64,000 nucleotides of DNA from Selaginella moellendorffii (taxonomy: Eukaryota > Plantae > Lycopodiophyta). The stretch covers positions 2,489,710 through 2,553,709 of the forward strand of contig NW_003314264.1 in NCBI RefSeq assembly GCF_000143415.4. The letters run 5' to 3'. Under the pieces are notes generated by a model, which searched no databases, was not told the origin of the DNA, and worked only from the letters and a program-made list of their open reading frames with translations. A program made the translations under genes and the position numbers. Numbering within the stretch: the stretch's first letter is position 1; each line of letters opens with the position of its first letter. Below are positions 35,118-53,584 of this stretch, piece after piece.

Positions 35118-36372
35118 ATGGCGCTCTTCTTCGTCAAGAACAATTTCTTCCTGGGCGCGTACCAGGAGGCGATCAATGCCGCCGGCAAGCTCAAGGGATT
35201 GTCCGATCAGGAGGCTGCCGAGCGCGACTACTTCGTCTACAGATCGTACATTTCCTGCGGGCTCTACCAGGTACCGAATCTCTCTCTTCTCGCACTAGAA
35301 GATCACACAATTCGAGTGGATTGCAGATTGTTATCGATGAGATCAAGAGCTCGACCAGCGCCCTGGAAGCTGTGAGGCTGCTTGCTACATACTTCCTGGG
35401 AGAAAAGGTAAACAAGGGATTTCGAAAGAAACAAAGTAGCAGTGTTGTTGTTCCAGGAGTCGGCAAAATCGTCTCTCAAGGACTTGTTAGCGGATCCACT
35501 GGTTGCTTCCAACAACGACGTGCTTCTGATAGCGGGCATCATCCATGCTCACGAACAAGACTACAATGAAGCGCTCAAGTATACTCATGCTGGAGAGACG
35601 CTCGAGCTGTAAGTTAAATTTTTTCTTTTTCTTTTTCTCTTCTTTCGTTGGAGAAAACTTTTGTCTTTGCTTTGTTTCTCTTTTCATTTTCTTCTCTTCT
35701 GATCGAGAGACCCTTTTTTCCAGATGTGCGCTAAACATTCACATGTACTTAAAGCTGAATAGACCCGAGCGAGCCGAGCAGCAGCTAAAAGTCATGCAGC
35801 GAATCGACGAGGACCACACTCTCACGCAGCTGGCCAATGCGTGGGTCAATCTAGCGCTCGTGAGTTTTCTCCTGTCAAGATCTTCGTATAGTTTCTATAA
35901 CAATCGTGTTTTTGGCCTGGACAGGGAGGCTCCAAGATTCAAGAAGCCTCTTACATATTCCAGGAGCTCTCCGAGAAGTACTCGTGGACGGTACCGCTCA
36001 TGAATGGAAGGGCCGTTTGCCACATGCATATGGGCCAGTTTGATGACGCCGAGCAGCTCCTTCTAGACGCTCTCCTCAAGGTACAAAGTTTTCAAAGCTT
36101 TGTTTTTATTATCGATTGATCAAACACCCTTGCTCCAGGATAACAAGGACGCTGACACTCTCGCCAACCTTATTGTCTGCTGCCTCCATCTCGGAAAATC
36201 CACCACTCGCCATATGAGGTAACTTTGACACTCCGTTTGCTCCAACGTTTTGCTAAGTTTTGTTTTGTTGTTTGGTAGCCAACTCAAGTCATTGCAGCCG
36301 GATCACCCGACGATCCAGCGTCAAGTCGCGGCCGAGACGATGTTCCAGCAGGCACTCCAGGCCATGGGCTAG
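35118..36372 (+). CDS. COPE: Coatomer subunit epsilon
   Basis: LFFVKNNFFLGAYQEAIN, IDEDHTLTQLANAWVNLA, KIQEASYIFQELSEK, DTLANLIVC, QLK...HP. Seven exons. Confidence 0.93.
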
Positions 36373-36434
36373 GCGGAGATACTCTCCTTTTTGTATTCCT
36401 GACATGAGATAAATCGCCAGAATCTTCTTTCCTT

Positions 36435-39400
36435 TCAAGGCTGCTGCTGTGGTGGAGTAACAGTGAGCTTGACTGGTATGCTTGACGAGTTTTCGGTGCC
36501 ACCGTTGCTTTCCTCGAGTGGAACCTCCACTACAATCCCTTTGTACAGGCAAACTTTCTCCTCTTCGCAATAGTACACCTATGGGAAGGAACGAGCAAAA
36601 GTGAGAGTTCGGAAGGCCGCATTGCTGCCATAGAAAAGAGCAAACCTTGGAGATTATTCGTAATAAGGAACTCGTCGGTTTGCTTCTCTCGAAACTTAAG
36701 CTCGCCCGACCATCCTGAAAAGTGCCTTTATCTGGCTTTACGTCCACGGAGTCATCAGGTTCCACATCAACTTCGTACTTGCTGGTTGCTTCCTGTTTGT
36801 AACAAACATAATAAGTATTACAATGCTTTAGCTTGGAACACGAACCTTGCTGAAGTGATATTCAGGAGGCAAATCTATTTGCAGTTGCAAGTCTCCTCTG
36901 AGACCGGGAACAGCCTGGAGACGAACGACTTCCATGTCAGAGGAAGGCCGTCTTCTCAGCCGACGAGGAGACTTCTCCAATGGTCTTGGAGGCTCGACTC
37001 CTTTCAGCTCCAACGTAGTGACTTGTATAGCGTTGTCGTCCGCCCCGGGCTTGAGTAGACGAATCAAGTTGTTGTTTGTATCGGCTACAAATAAGCTGCC
37101 TGTTCAAGCAGACTTTGTGAGTACTAAGGGGATGTAACGTGCTTTAAGTTCTTACCATTGGGGCCCAAGGCGAGACCGGCTGGCTCTGAAAACTGAGAAC
37201 GAGAAGGAAATAACTATCAGCGAATTGGAACAGCAGCTGTGGTACCTGAGCTTTGACGCTTTTCCCATCTTCGTAGCCAGCGACACCAGTCCCTGCTACT
37301 GTACGCACTGTTTTGCTGGCTAAATCCATCAGTTTAATCTGCAATATCAAAAGCATGTTAACGTTGTCGTTTTGGAAATGACTCTGACCTTGTGATTGTA
37401 AGAATCCGCCACGTAAATTGCACCGTTTGCGCTCGAGAGTATGCCCAGAGGGTGTTGGAATAGTGCTTGAGACGCTGGGCCATCCTTATCTCCGAACTAA
37501 CGTCGACGGCTGAAACGATGCAGCTCTGGCGATGCATAAAACAAAACATACCTGAAACAAGTTCTCTGGAAATGTGGGATCGCCTCCCGAAAGCCATTGC
37601 GAGCCTCCCGTCTTCAAGTTTACGGATCTCACAGAACTACTTTCGCTGTCGGCAATATATAAGTGGTCCATATCTGCCCCAACCAGCTCAGAAAAGCTGA
37701 AGCCACGTTACAACTTGAGACGAGATTGCTGGGCGAGAAAAGAAACCCACCAGGAGATAAGGACAGGCCCGACGGCTGCGCGTACGACGAGTTTGACCCC
37801 CTGACACATAGAAATCATATAGAAATCATACTAACATGTTGAAAACTACTTACTTTGAGCCATTGAGGTTACGCTCGTATCCATCCCCGCTAAACACTTT
37901 CGCAACACCATTGCTCCTATTAAATTCCCATATTTGATGCTCCCCCGCCATTGCTATGTAAAGCATCCCATCAGGATGCAAGCAAAGGTCCCATGGTGAA
38001 TTGAGCGGCTAAATGAAAGAGAGAGAAATGGTAACTGAATCCATATGATGTATGAATGTACCTGAGACTGGCCTGCTTTTCCACCCCTGTAGTCAAAGCC
38101 TCTTTCTCCAGTACCAGCCAAAGTTCTTACTGTCTCTTTCACAAAATCAACTTCCCTGTAATTGCATAAGAAATGTTACTGAAGTCAGATATCAAACTAT
38201 ATTACCTGAGAGCATGATTTTCGGTATCTGCCACGTACAGGATGTTCTTTTCAGTATCATACGCTACACCCTGTAGAACGGCCATAAGAAAGATCCAACA
38301 GTCTTAAAACTACTGCACCTGTGGTCGATTAAATGATGCTAAGGAGAATGATCCATCGGTTAAGCCTTCTGATCCAGAGCCAACTTGTAGAATATAATTT
38401 CCATTCAAATCGGTGACAACCTTCAAAAAAACATTGTCATTCGTGTAGATACAAATAAAAAGCACTTACTATCCGATTGTGATTGCTATCAGAAATGAAA
38501 AGACGACCATTTGCCAGGTCCGTGGCCAGCTTTCCAGGAAAGCTCAATGGAGTAGTCAGAATTCGCGCACTTTTGCTTTTCTCGAGCTGTAATGGAATAG
38601 GTTGAGCGTTCAAAAGTTTCTTCTCTCCATAATATTGCAGTGCAGCATCCACTAGATTGTCCAAGTCCTATGGCAGACGTAAGAAAATCTTGGAAAGCGA
38701 AGACGAAATAATACCTTTCGATGACCTTCTCCAGCAAGCCTCGCTATCACTTTCCCATTGGGACTGACAACCACGAAGGTTGGCCAAGAGCTAACTCCGA
38801 GTTTGCGCCATAGATTCATATCACCGTCGTTCACTACCTGTGACTTTGTGAGTCAACTCCGCTATCCCGAATAGAATGGGCTTACCGGATGCGTCACATT
38901 GTACCGAAGCACTGCATTTCGAATCGCCTCTGTGTCTTTCTCATTGTCGAATTTGGCAGAGTGTACACCAACAACTGTGAGCTGCAAAAGATTTTCATAT
39001 AACAAGAAAAAAAAACGTAAGTACTCACCGGTTGATCTTTATACTTTTGTTCAAGGTATGCCAGATCGGGGAGTACATGCATACAGTTAATACAACAGTA
39101 TGTCCAGAAGTCCAGAATAACCACCTTTCCGTGCAAGGCCTGTCAAACTAACAAGCTTAGCCATTTTAAACACACATCCAGTCATGCATACCCCTTTAAA
39201 ACGAAGAGGTGCTGCTGTGTTCAACCACTGAAGACCTGGGGGAAATTCCATGACTTTCTGTCCGCCACTTCTGTAAGCACCAAAACTGTTTCGAAACGAC
39301 ATCTAGCATAAGTAAACACGTCACTTTCTTTGCTTCAAGATTCGATATGTAGCTCTTGAACGAGTCGATACGGTTCCCAGAGTCCAGTTCTAGTGAAACA

Positions 39401-41121
39401 AAAACAACCATAAGCAGGAGACTACCAAATAAAACTGGCAGCAACCTTTACCAGAGCCAATAGCGAGTGGTATATCATCAGCACCCAGAAAAGCATTCAA
39501 AAGTGCCATAGGAGAACCATATGTCATGGCCTGTTGGTATCTTAGTTAGTATAAAGAACGAGAAATGGAGTGTATACCTTCCAACGTGTTGCAGCAAAAG
39601 CCAAACAGGATGTTCCTAGACTAAAGCTTCCAAGCCTGATAATGTCTCGCCTAGTGATGCTAGTGCTGTAAAACAGCATGCAAAGCAACAGTTTTTTGCC
39701 AAATCTTAACAAAGAGAGAAATACCCGAAAGGAAGAGATACTTCAGTATCTAAAATAGAGTAGATCCAGTCCATGCCGGTTACACCAGGCGCCGCTTCTT
39801 TAACATCTGCATCAACAACACAGATCCTGGACACTTTCTTAAAAGAGCCATTGAATTTATTGAAGGAAAAACAAGAACAAGAGCTTTGCTCACCAAGAAA
39901 AAAAAATGGAAAGAAAAAATTATCTAAGCCATCGTACCTTTGTCTTGTAAGTTCAGTATATCAGAAAGTGTGATATTGGCAATATTCATTCTGGTAAGTG
40001 TTGGATTCGCCTTGGCCAAACTTTCTTCGGAGAGAGTTGTGGATACAGCAATGCACCTCATTCCGGCTGCTCGAGCAGCTTGCACGCCAGCAAGTGCGTC
40101 TTCTACAACAACACACTGGACGACACACAGTTAAAAAGGACCCGGAATTTAATCATGCCTTACCTCTGATGGAGGAAGGCCAAGTGCTTTCGCTGCGGCC
40201 AGAAAAATGTCCGGCGCAGGCTTTAGCCTCTCGAAAACGTCCGCTGAGACAATGGCATCAAAACTGCCAGGAAAAACACGTTGCTGAAACACCAGCACAT
40301 TAAAAAAAAAAACAGTAAATACTTGGTTTGTGGTAAGCCTGCTGCCGAAAGATTTGCGTCAACTTTGATTCGATCCGCACTAGATGCAACGGCGACTTTG
40401 AGACCAGCACGTTTGCACTGAGTGTTGAGGTGATTAGAAGACAAACTTTTAATATCCATGAGCTTACTTCCATGATGAGCTCTAGTGCTCCGGGATATCC
40501 CAAGCCAGAGTCCGGCTTTGCGTACTGTCGTAAAGATCATTCACTCGTTACTCTTTTTTTTTTCGCTTTCCTGTAGAGCACGATTTTCACCTTTTGGATG
40601 TAGACTTCAAAGAACTTTTCTTTGGCTTGAATGGGATCAAAACCTGGGACCTGGTACAATCCAGCAACACCTCCCAAAAAATTTGCTTCGCCTGGAAAGG
40701 ATGGAAACCAAGAAAGATTTCTTTCGATCAAAAGCAAGCCGGGGGAAAACTTACCAGTTCCCATGAATGGAATGAAATCCTCCGGCCTGACAGTCACGCC
40801 CATTCCAGCGAAAACATCCACAGCTGCGTCACGCGATCTCTCCTCGCTATCGCACAGCACTCCATCCATATCGAACAGCACACCACGAACTGGCGGCGCT
40901 TCTTCTTGCAGCACAGCGCCTTGCCGAGATTTCTCCACCGCCCTAGCGCAAGAACACGATCGATTACCTCCATTGCTTCCACGCCATCGCCTCGATGCAT
41001 CGCGCCGCCCGCGGATTTCCGGTGCGAACGCCAATGCTGGGCGAAAATCACCCGCGCCGCAGTGGCGCCGCGGCCATGGCACGAGATAGGGTGTGAGCGC
41101 CACGGAAGGCGCCATCGCCAT
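36435..41121 (-). CDS. SOQ1: SUPPRESSOR OF QUENCHING 1 (HAD + thioredoxin-like + NHL beta-propeller)
   Basis: Transit peptide, HAD motif FDMDGVL, Trx-like [20 protein letters not shown] repeats ([35 protein letters not shown]). Many short introns. Confidence 0.95.
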
Positions 41122-41233
41122 TGCGCATGTATGGAGCTCCAAACTATAAATCTCGGATATTCCCAAGCAAGTGAAGAATATTCTCATTTTTGAACGTGGA
41201 GAAACGCGATCCACAAAGGAAAGAGATATCCAT

Positions 41234-42790
41234 TCACGAAGCCATGAGGCGTTCCTTTAGTAAAACTACGAGCTTATCGGCGTCCACAGTCACTGCTACT
41301 TTCACCGGCGGCTTGTTACACCACGCTGTAGGTACTGCCCATCTACAAATCACGAAAGAAAATTTCTATAGTTCCATCCAGGAACACGAAGGAAAAAAAA
41401 ATGGCGAGAACTTACTTCTTCCTTGTGTTGTTAAACAAGGTAAGCCCACGGCAAATTCCCTCCTGCTGGACTCTTACGACACCTTCTGCGTAAGTAAAGA
41501 GCGATGGATCGATTGCCGCGATTACTGTTGCGGGATCGTGAAGATAAATCGCTGCCAATAGAGAGAAAACTCATCAAAAGCTCGGCACAGAGAAAGAAAG
41601 CTTCTCTTCTTTTTTTCTCACCGTCAATGTTGTAGTAATCCCTGTGATAGTTAAGGTAGCACATAATTACATCGCATAGATATCGACCATACTTGCTGTC
41701 GCTTCTCCTGAGCTCCTCTATTTGTGGGCCTAGAACTTGCGAAGTTAGAGCAAAGACAAAAACGAGAATAAAAGACCAAGGTACCTGTCATTGTGACTTG
41801 ATGCGTTATGTTGATGCCGATTATTTTCGTGTTGGCTCCGCATGTAAGGACTATATCCGCGGCCAGTGGATCTCCTAAAACCTTCATCCAAAATCACTTT
41901 TTTTAACAAGAACCGGAAACCGGGGACAGCAAAACTTACATTTGCCTCTGCAGCGGGGTTAACGTTCCCGTTCACAGCAAAAGCACCACCAAGGATCACG
42001 ATCTCGCCTACAAGTTTAGCAAATGATGGATCCATCTCCACAGCCTATGTTTTGGACACAAGTAGTGTCAAAAGCACAAACGAAAATCCAAAACTTCGTA
42101 CTTTGCCGAGATTTGTCAGAGGGCCAAGAGCTATGATTGTCACTTCTCCAGGGAACTCTTTCACTTTAGAAATGAAAAACTCGGAAGCAGTCATATCAAT
42201 TGGTTTCCCCTTTGGAGCCGGGGGATTTGTGTTCCCCAATCCATCTTTTCCATGAATAAAATCAACAGCGTGCTCTTTCGTATCACCCTGTCAAATTGAA
42301 GGAAATAAAAACCAGATGGAGCCCGAAACTTAAAAACACACACACAAAAGAAAAAACGAACCTTGAGAGATTTGTGTAGCCCTTGAGCAACAGGAATGTC
42401 CTCCCTACCTGCAAGTTCGCACTAGAACAAGAACCTCAGCTCCCGAAACCTTTGCGAGGCAGAAAAGGAAAACGAAAAGGAAGAATTTTTTTACCAGATG
42501 CAAAGCGTTTTGAGTTGCCATTGACGTTGATACATTCCCAAACGTCGTCGTGAGGCCAATGACATCGAGCTCTGGCGACTGAAAGGCCAGCAAAATCGCC
42601 ATTGCATCGTCTGCAAGAAGCAAAGGAAGAATCGATTAGAAAGGATCAAGAAGAAAAGAGGGAGAATCGACCCCCAAGCAATGCAAATCCAAAGAGAAAA
42701 GCCCCGGCAGCAAGAACTACGCCTACCTATGCCCGGATCTGTATCGATGATCACCTTCTTTTGGAACGCGTGGGCGCTGGCGGGCGCCAT
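41234..42790 (-). CDS. Inosine/uridine-preferring nucleoside hydrolase (URH/NSH family)
   Basis: KKVIIDTDPGIDDAMA, IALGPLTN, GNVNPAAEAN, YLHDP, PPVKVAVTVD. Confidence 0.93.
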
Positions 42791-43097
42791 CGAGCGCTCT
42801 GCTTGGCTCCCACAAGCAAACAAACGTCACGTGAAATTTAATCTCCCCTAGGTTAACAAAAAATATAAAGGAAAGGATATGCTCCATCAAAAAAAAGAGG
42901 AGGATCGCATATTCGCATTTTGAGATATATCAGTAAAAAAGTCGTGTAGTGGTCCAATGAGAATTTCATTTCTCATATAATCGTCAAGCCTGGAAAGAAC
43001 GAAGATTAAAACCAAGATGCCAAAATCGACAGCTTACCAATCGAGTATACAGTTTAAGCGGCGAAGATCTCGTCCCAGGAGCTCATATAAATAATCT

Positions 43098-46223
<3,126 letters not shown>

Positions 46224-46764
46224 CGCCCGAAATATTTCCTCACACGGAGAGAAATGCCGCCAGCAGCGCCAGATTTCCCACCGCATCCGCGCGCCTCGCC
46301 TGGAGCGCGAAGAAATTCGCCGATTCAACGCCGCGCAGCTTATGAATCGCCAGTGCGCTGGAATCTCCGCCACATTCCCCCTGCTCCATCCTTGTCTTCA
46401 TCGTCACGGATTGCTAAAGCGCAAGTGGCGTCGCGGCATCTAGCACGGGACGATCAAAAACCCTATCTTGCTCTCGCATTTCTCTTTATTCCCTTTCTTT
46501 TCCTTTTCTCCCTTACGTCACTCAAGATACGAATATCCTGTTAGGGCTCCTTTGTGTCCGAATCTCTTGTAACTGACGCATAAAACGTGACAAAAGGACG
46601 GAGTAGATTGATTTGACCCCAGCGGTCACAAGCTATCCCTGGTTACTAATGTGAGACGAAACGCCCAAGAACAACATCATTGACGCGACGTAGACTTGCA
46701 TACTATGATAGAAATCTCCTGGAATCGATTAGACAAAAAAAATTTAAGCCCAGGAGTTTAGAGA

Positions 46765-47917
46765 TCACTTCGCTGCTTGCAAAAGCTTCTGGACAAGTAT
46801 GTGTTGTTGCGCTGCGCTCAAGCACTCGGAGTTGATGATCGCATTGGAGACGAGTACGGTGGTGGCTGGAGCATCGGATTTCACCTACAAAATCTCACAC
46901 TCGCTCACGAATCCAAGACAAACAAGTTCCCGACGTACCCAAACGCGACCATTTACACCAACGGCGATCTCAAAAGCCAAGCTTTTGCCAAGAGCTTCGA
47001 GCACCGGATAAGTCGGCGTACCCAAGAGCCTGAAAGAGAGAGAATCAGGATCGCCTGAAAACTATCGAGGAAAAACTTACGATCTTGCGAGTCCGGTCGA
47101 GCACTCAAACAGGTATCCTTCTTTCAGTGGGCCGTAACCAGAGCCTTTTCCAGAAGCTGCAAAAGATCAAGCATGTTTACTAAAAGACCAATGCTGGAAG
47201 AAGCATACCATCCAAACACGAGAGCGCGGGACTGATATCGCGATGGGCTTTCACCACTCTTCCATAGACCACAGCCCCTTCCTGTGAGTATAGAGTTCTC
47301 GTCACCGCACCACAAATCCAAAAAACTTGCCTTGAGGTTTGGAATGTTCTTCCGCGTAGCACCCTCGAAAGAGAGTATAGGAAGAAGCCCAAGAACTGGA
47401 GCATTCAAATCCACCAAAAACTCCTGTATGTGACGAATGAAAATCACTTGAGCAATCACTTGAGCAATCATCAAACCTCGGCGCGACGATCGATAACAAT
47501 TCCAATCACAGAATCCTCGGCACTGGGAATGTACTATACAAACCAAGAGAAAGAAAAAGATAAAGATCAAGCTTTGCTCAAACAAAAAATGCAAAAAGAG
47601 CGAAATTTACTCGCTTCTGTGATCCCTCCACCCAAAGTTTGGATTTTGCGTGATTCAATCTCCCGGCCTTGATAGCTACAACGCGATCAGCATCCTAGAC
47701 AAGAAATGCTCGCTCTTTCAAACAAGGACAAAGAGAGATAAAAGAAAGAAACCTGAGAAAGGCCGCTTCCCAATCGCAGCACCTTGTTTTGCGCCTGAGC
47801 TGCGAGACCAAACACCACATCGCCTGGCAGCTAACAAGATCAATCGCGAAAAATTTCCAGCAAAGGCGCCACAAAATCACTCACAACGATCCGGGACGCG
47901 CCCTCCTCTCCCCCCAT
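46765..47917 (-). CDS. RRP40: Exosome complex component RRP40 (EXOSC3)
   Basis: Reconstructed from short exons and not visible as one ORF: LPGDVV, LRLGSGL, SQKRYIP..EDSVIGIV, LSFEGATRKNIP, FECSTGLAR, FEIAVGVNGRVWV. One GC-AG intron (donor 47330). Confidence 0.9.
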
Positions 47918-47978
47918 TTACAAATTTCTAGGTTAAATCTCTTTTAGGTTTGAGATGGTCTAGGGCGCGGCGGCCGCC

Positions 47979-49213
<1,235 letters not shown>

Positions 49214-49371
49214 GAATGTAAAACATATGTATTGCTCACGTATTTAAGTTAAAATTGTACAGTTTTATTGTCATTCCAAAAATAATAGTATAAATTTTGG
49301 TAGTAGCTTAATAATTATTGTTCGGCTGTTTAAGGTTTGACACTTTTTTCTATTAATTTATTAATTTATTT

Positions 49372-49648
49372 TTGGTTTGCTTAAGCAAACCTGTAAGAGT
49401 AAATATACCTAAAATATACTTAAATGTTCTAGGATATTTTACCATTTAACAGTCATTATTCATTTAAATTAATTTTGTATTCATAATTTATAAACTTACT
49501 TAAACACTTTCTAATATATTCTTTTTTATTCTACCATCTAATAGTTGATATACAATAAGATTAATATTGTATTTATAAATTTATTTATAATTATAAATTT
49601 TTATTTAATCAATTACAATTGCTACATGCAATGCGTAGCAAATTATTT
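49372..49648 (+). mobile_element. Internally deleted second copy of the Helitron2-like element
   Basis: Perfect palindrome GGTTTGCTTAAGCAAACC (49374-49391), ~240 bp similar to 10347-10610, then TTGCTACATGCAATGCGTAGCAAATTATTT matching the 3' end at 11432-11460. Confidence 0.72.
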
Positions 49649-49739
49649 GTATGTTGATCATTTTTAACATATAAAGGTGAATGATATCCAATGCTGACAA
49701 TATTCATGCTTTTATTTGTATTAGTTTACATATTCTCTT

Positions 49740-51633
49740 TTAAGAATTGTGTGTAAGGGCCATTCCTGTTGCCTCTTCAGGTATTAAACCCAAGAGTAAA
49801 ACGGGAAGAAGTGTGCATGCAGCCTGAATAACAATCCCAAGGGACAAATTGCCAAATTCTTGCGACGAGATTTGCAATGCAGACGCCAAAGCTGCACCTG
49901 CAAAAGAACTTATGGTACCTCCCAAGTTACTGATTGACATGAACAGTGCAAACAAAGTTCCCTCGATTCCGGGAGGACATATCTGACCGGAGAACACCAG
50001 AAATGGCATAAACCTGTTGTGTTTAGTCCAAAGTGAGTTCTGGAAGCAGTAGAAAAGGAAGTAAGAGCTCACTTGAACTGATTGACAGCATCTCCAACAG
50101 CGGATGCCCCCAGAACGAAAACTTTGTCGGGAATTCCCATGCGTGTGTTGAGGCGAGATACAAAAACCACATCGCTCAACGTAAGAATGGCAAGACCAAT
50201 ATGAACCAGCCTGAAGAAAAAACTATAAGCGAAAGAAGATTATCACGTAGCATTACCTGAAAATTTTCCTGAGTGATACTCTCTTTAAGTAATGGTTGTA
50301 AAGAAAAGTGCCTAGCATGAGTCCTCCCCAGCCAACTACACGGCTGGTTCCCAAAAAAGACGCGTCCAGCTTCACAGAATTGGTCTGGAAGTAGAACATA
50401 ATCGTTGACAAATTTGGAACCGCTGACTGCGATATCAAAAACCACAGCATTGGCCTGTAAAAGGTTGATCAACGGAAAGTGTATGATAGAAGTGGAAGAC
50501 TTACCGGAAAACCGAAGGCTGCTTCACTGCTTGATACAAAGAGCGACAAGCGCCTCTTATTGTAGGACTTGTCTTGTTTTGCTCCTCGCGCATTTCCTCC
50601 TCAGTTTCAACTTCTTTCCTGTCTAAGCTCCCTCTTCTTCTGCGAAGACTTTTGGATTCTGGATCATCTAATGCTTCGTTCACATCGTTTGGCGAACTGC
50701 TTTTTGTGTCCTGGATCCCCTGTTCTTCTACACTTTCTGTTTTTCCATCGATGGCCTCGAGCTTTTCCTCGGGGCTCTCGACTATTGCTATCTCTCCAAC
50801 ACTATTTCCCAGCTTCCTGTCGTCCAGAAACGCGCAGGAGAGAAGCTGGACGAGCGGGAACGTCGCAAACATCATGAAGATCCCACTTACTTGAAGTCTG
50901 TCCAACGCCACCCCGCCGGCAATACTCCCCAAAATCCCACCGAAAGCCATCGCTAGCCACGACATGGACTGGAGCTCTCCTGCGAACTCAGCCCTGAGCA
51001 ACACACAAGTTCCACAGTAAGCCAAAGAGAAAGAACAAGAAAGATAAAAAATTTAGTTTTTTTACTATGAACGAGAGAAGACCTTTCTTTCCTGGCCATC
51101 TCCGCAACCATGGCATCCACCACCACGTCCGCCATAGCTGCTCCAAAATTCTGGATCGTCAGGAGAACGGTCAAGTAAATGTAAGAGGACCTGGACCACT
51201 CCACGGCGCCGAGGACAAGCCATGGAACAAAGCACAGGACGCTGGAGATGACCAGGTATGGGATGCGTCGTCGACCAAAGATGGGAACGCAATCGGAAAA
51301 AATCCTGGCACAAAGCAAAGCAAAGCGAGAGATTAGCATTTCTTTGTTGACTATTTCTCACTTTCTTACCCATACAGAGGCTTGATGCTCCACGGAAGAA
51401 ACGAAGTGGACATGACAAACTGCGACGCAGAAGGGCTGAGCTTGAGCTGATCCTTCATCTGATAAGAGACTCCCATCCATGCCAGCGATCTAAAGCCCTG
51501 CGGTAGAAATCTCTAAGAAAAACGAAGTTCCTACGCTCGCAACAGCGATCCAAACCTGCGTCCAGTAGATCGAAGTCACCAGGAGCAAGAATGGCGCCCC
51601 AAATGTCCTCCCCAGCCTCCCGATCCACTTCAT
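49740..51633 (-). CDS. Folate/biopterin transporter (BT1 family, MFS)
   Basis: [75 protein letters not shown]. Confidence 0.92.
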
Positions 51634-53042
51634 CTTCTTCTTCTTCGTCCCGCCGCCCTAACGAATTAGGTCAAATGAGGAGGCCCTAAAACAGAGAGCG
51701 CGTAATCCCTGGAAACGCGGCGATTTGGAGAAATTAATGACCTCCGGAAGCGAGCTCGCTTTCAAAAAGGATGAGCTGCGGCAAAGGTTCAAAGAAAAGC
51801 TTGTGTGTGTCTTTGCCTAGCTAGCGAGCATTCCATCCAAATTAGTAGTTTCTCTTTTGTTTGTCAAGTCGTCGGTCATGGCATCCTCCCTACACAATCA
51901 ATTGAAATCCAGAGAGGATTAGGGGGGAGTGAGAGACCTGCAGGTTTGACGTCGCCGCACACGCACGCACGGAATAGATTTGTCAACGTTTACGCGTTTG
52001 CGGCAAATAAAAAGAATTGATTGCTGGCTGAGGTCCTCGGGTAGGATGGGAATCAATCGAAGCAACAAACAAATCAGTCGTCCAGCCCGCGACGCATTAC
52101 CCACCTCCGCCATCACCACCGCATTGAATTCAAGATTCATGCATGCACATCTCGATCCCTCATCTCGCAGTGCAGCACCTGACGAAGATAAAAAGAAAGA
52201 AATACGTGCAGCAAGGAGCTGAGTTGATGGAGTTGATGGAGTTGATGGGTGGGAGGGATTTTGATTTTTGAGAGATGGCCAACCGGACCGCCAGCCCATT
52301 TCGGGTTGGCGTCTGTGGTTGACCTTGCACTGCCCGCTGCTGCTGCATTGCATGGCTTGTTGTACCCGCCAGAAAAGAAACGGGTGTCGTGTCAACACGC
52401 TTATGTGATAAACCTGCATGTCAACCCCCGTAGTAAAACAAATCAATTAAAATACTGCCCAAAAGGTTGCAAACATTTTCTTCATCATCATCATCGCGCT
52501 TTCCGCTTCTTTGCGAGACAAAAGTGCCCCGACCCCAGGATTCCCGAGAGCGCAAACAGTGTCTTAAAGCTATTCAACACCAAAGCCCACTAGTTTACTA
52601 GACAAAAGCGCGGGATCTTTCCAGGCTTGTCTGCTAAAATATTTGCTCGCCGGTGGTTCCTCCCAAACCCTAAATCTCCTGCAGTGGCTTTTCGGGGCTC
52701 ATCACCAGACCAGCTCGCCACCCATGCGGAAAGATTTACACAGCATGTTGACTATGCCTTGCGTTTGTCAGGGCAGGGTAACCTAAAAGGCTGGCAGCCA
52801 GCTCGATGGAAAATGCCCATCATTGTCTTGTAGCTACCACCACCGCCAGGGCGTGAGAATCATACGGTGCTCTGCTCGTACTTCTACGGGTACATTCGTA
52901 TATGAAGTCGCATTAAAGTCGTAAGTACAAAATGCCTGGTTGTGGTATATCAAGCGCCGCGCCGCAAAGCGGATAATTTCTCTTTTGTCCGTGATCATCT
53001 CTGCCAGACGCGCTTAGAGCCCTACTATACCCCTCCCGCCAA

Positions 53043-53151
53043 GCCGACACGTGGAAACGAGAAACTTTCAAAGTTTTAAAAGGGTGGCATATCCCCCGGG
53101 TAATCTCCCGCCCGCCGCGACTGTACGGAGTGGCCAGGGTGGCCCACGTGG
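53043..53151 (+). promoter_or_regulatory. Candidate DRE/CRT + G-box/ABRE cluster upstream of the IQM-like gene
   Basis: GCCGAC overlapping ACACGTGG at 53043-53054, and CCACGTGGC at 53144-53152. Motif match only. Confidence 0.35.
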
Positions 53152-53584
53152 CGGCTGACCAGGGCACGGAAATTTGGGGAAGCTTGGTGTTGGCTAGGTC
53201 GCGTAGCTGGGGCGAAGAAGGGGGCGAATGGCTATGGTGGATGTACCATCGCAGGGGGTCCATCTCCACCGTCGCCTGGTGTGGCCGCGCGACATCGCTG
53301 TGTGGGCGCTGACCGTATGCCCCCTTTGGTCGCGGCCTTTAAATGCTGCCTGGCAGCGCATTCTTTCCCCGCATTCTTTCTTCGCGATTTTGCCTCTCTG
53401 CTGCGTGCACCCTCGTTCTCGATCGGGCGCTCTCACTCCCCCCTTCGATTGAGTCGCGAGTTGGGTCGTTTCAAACTACACAAATCCGCAGTCATTGTGG
53501 ATTCCGCGTCTCTGCTGCTTGCTTCTGGTAACTCCGAAGATCTTATTCTCTCCGCTTTCTATCAATTGTCTCACTCGCGCGCTC

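Noticed and set aside
51700-53580. miRNA precursor or hidden gene in the long BT1-IQM intergenic region (includes GAGTTGATG x3 and a weak GATTGAGTCGCG resemblance to miR171)
   Set aside because: No convincing long hairpin or full mature-miRNA match, and the ORFs lack motifs.
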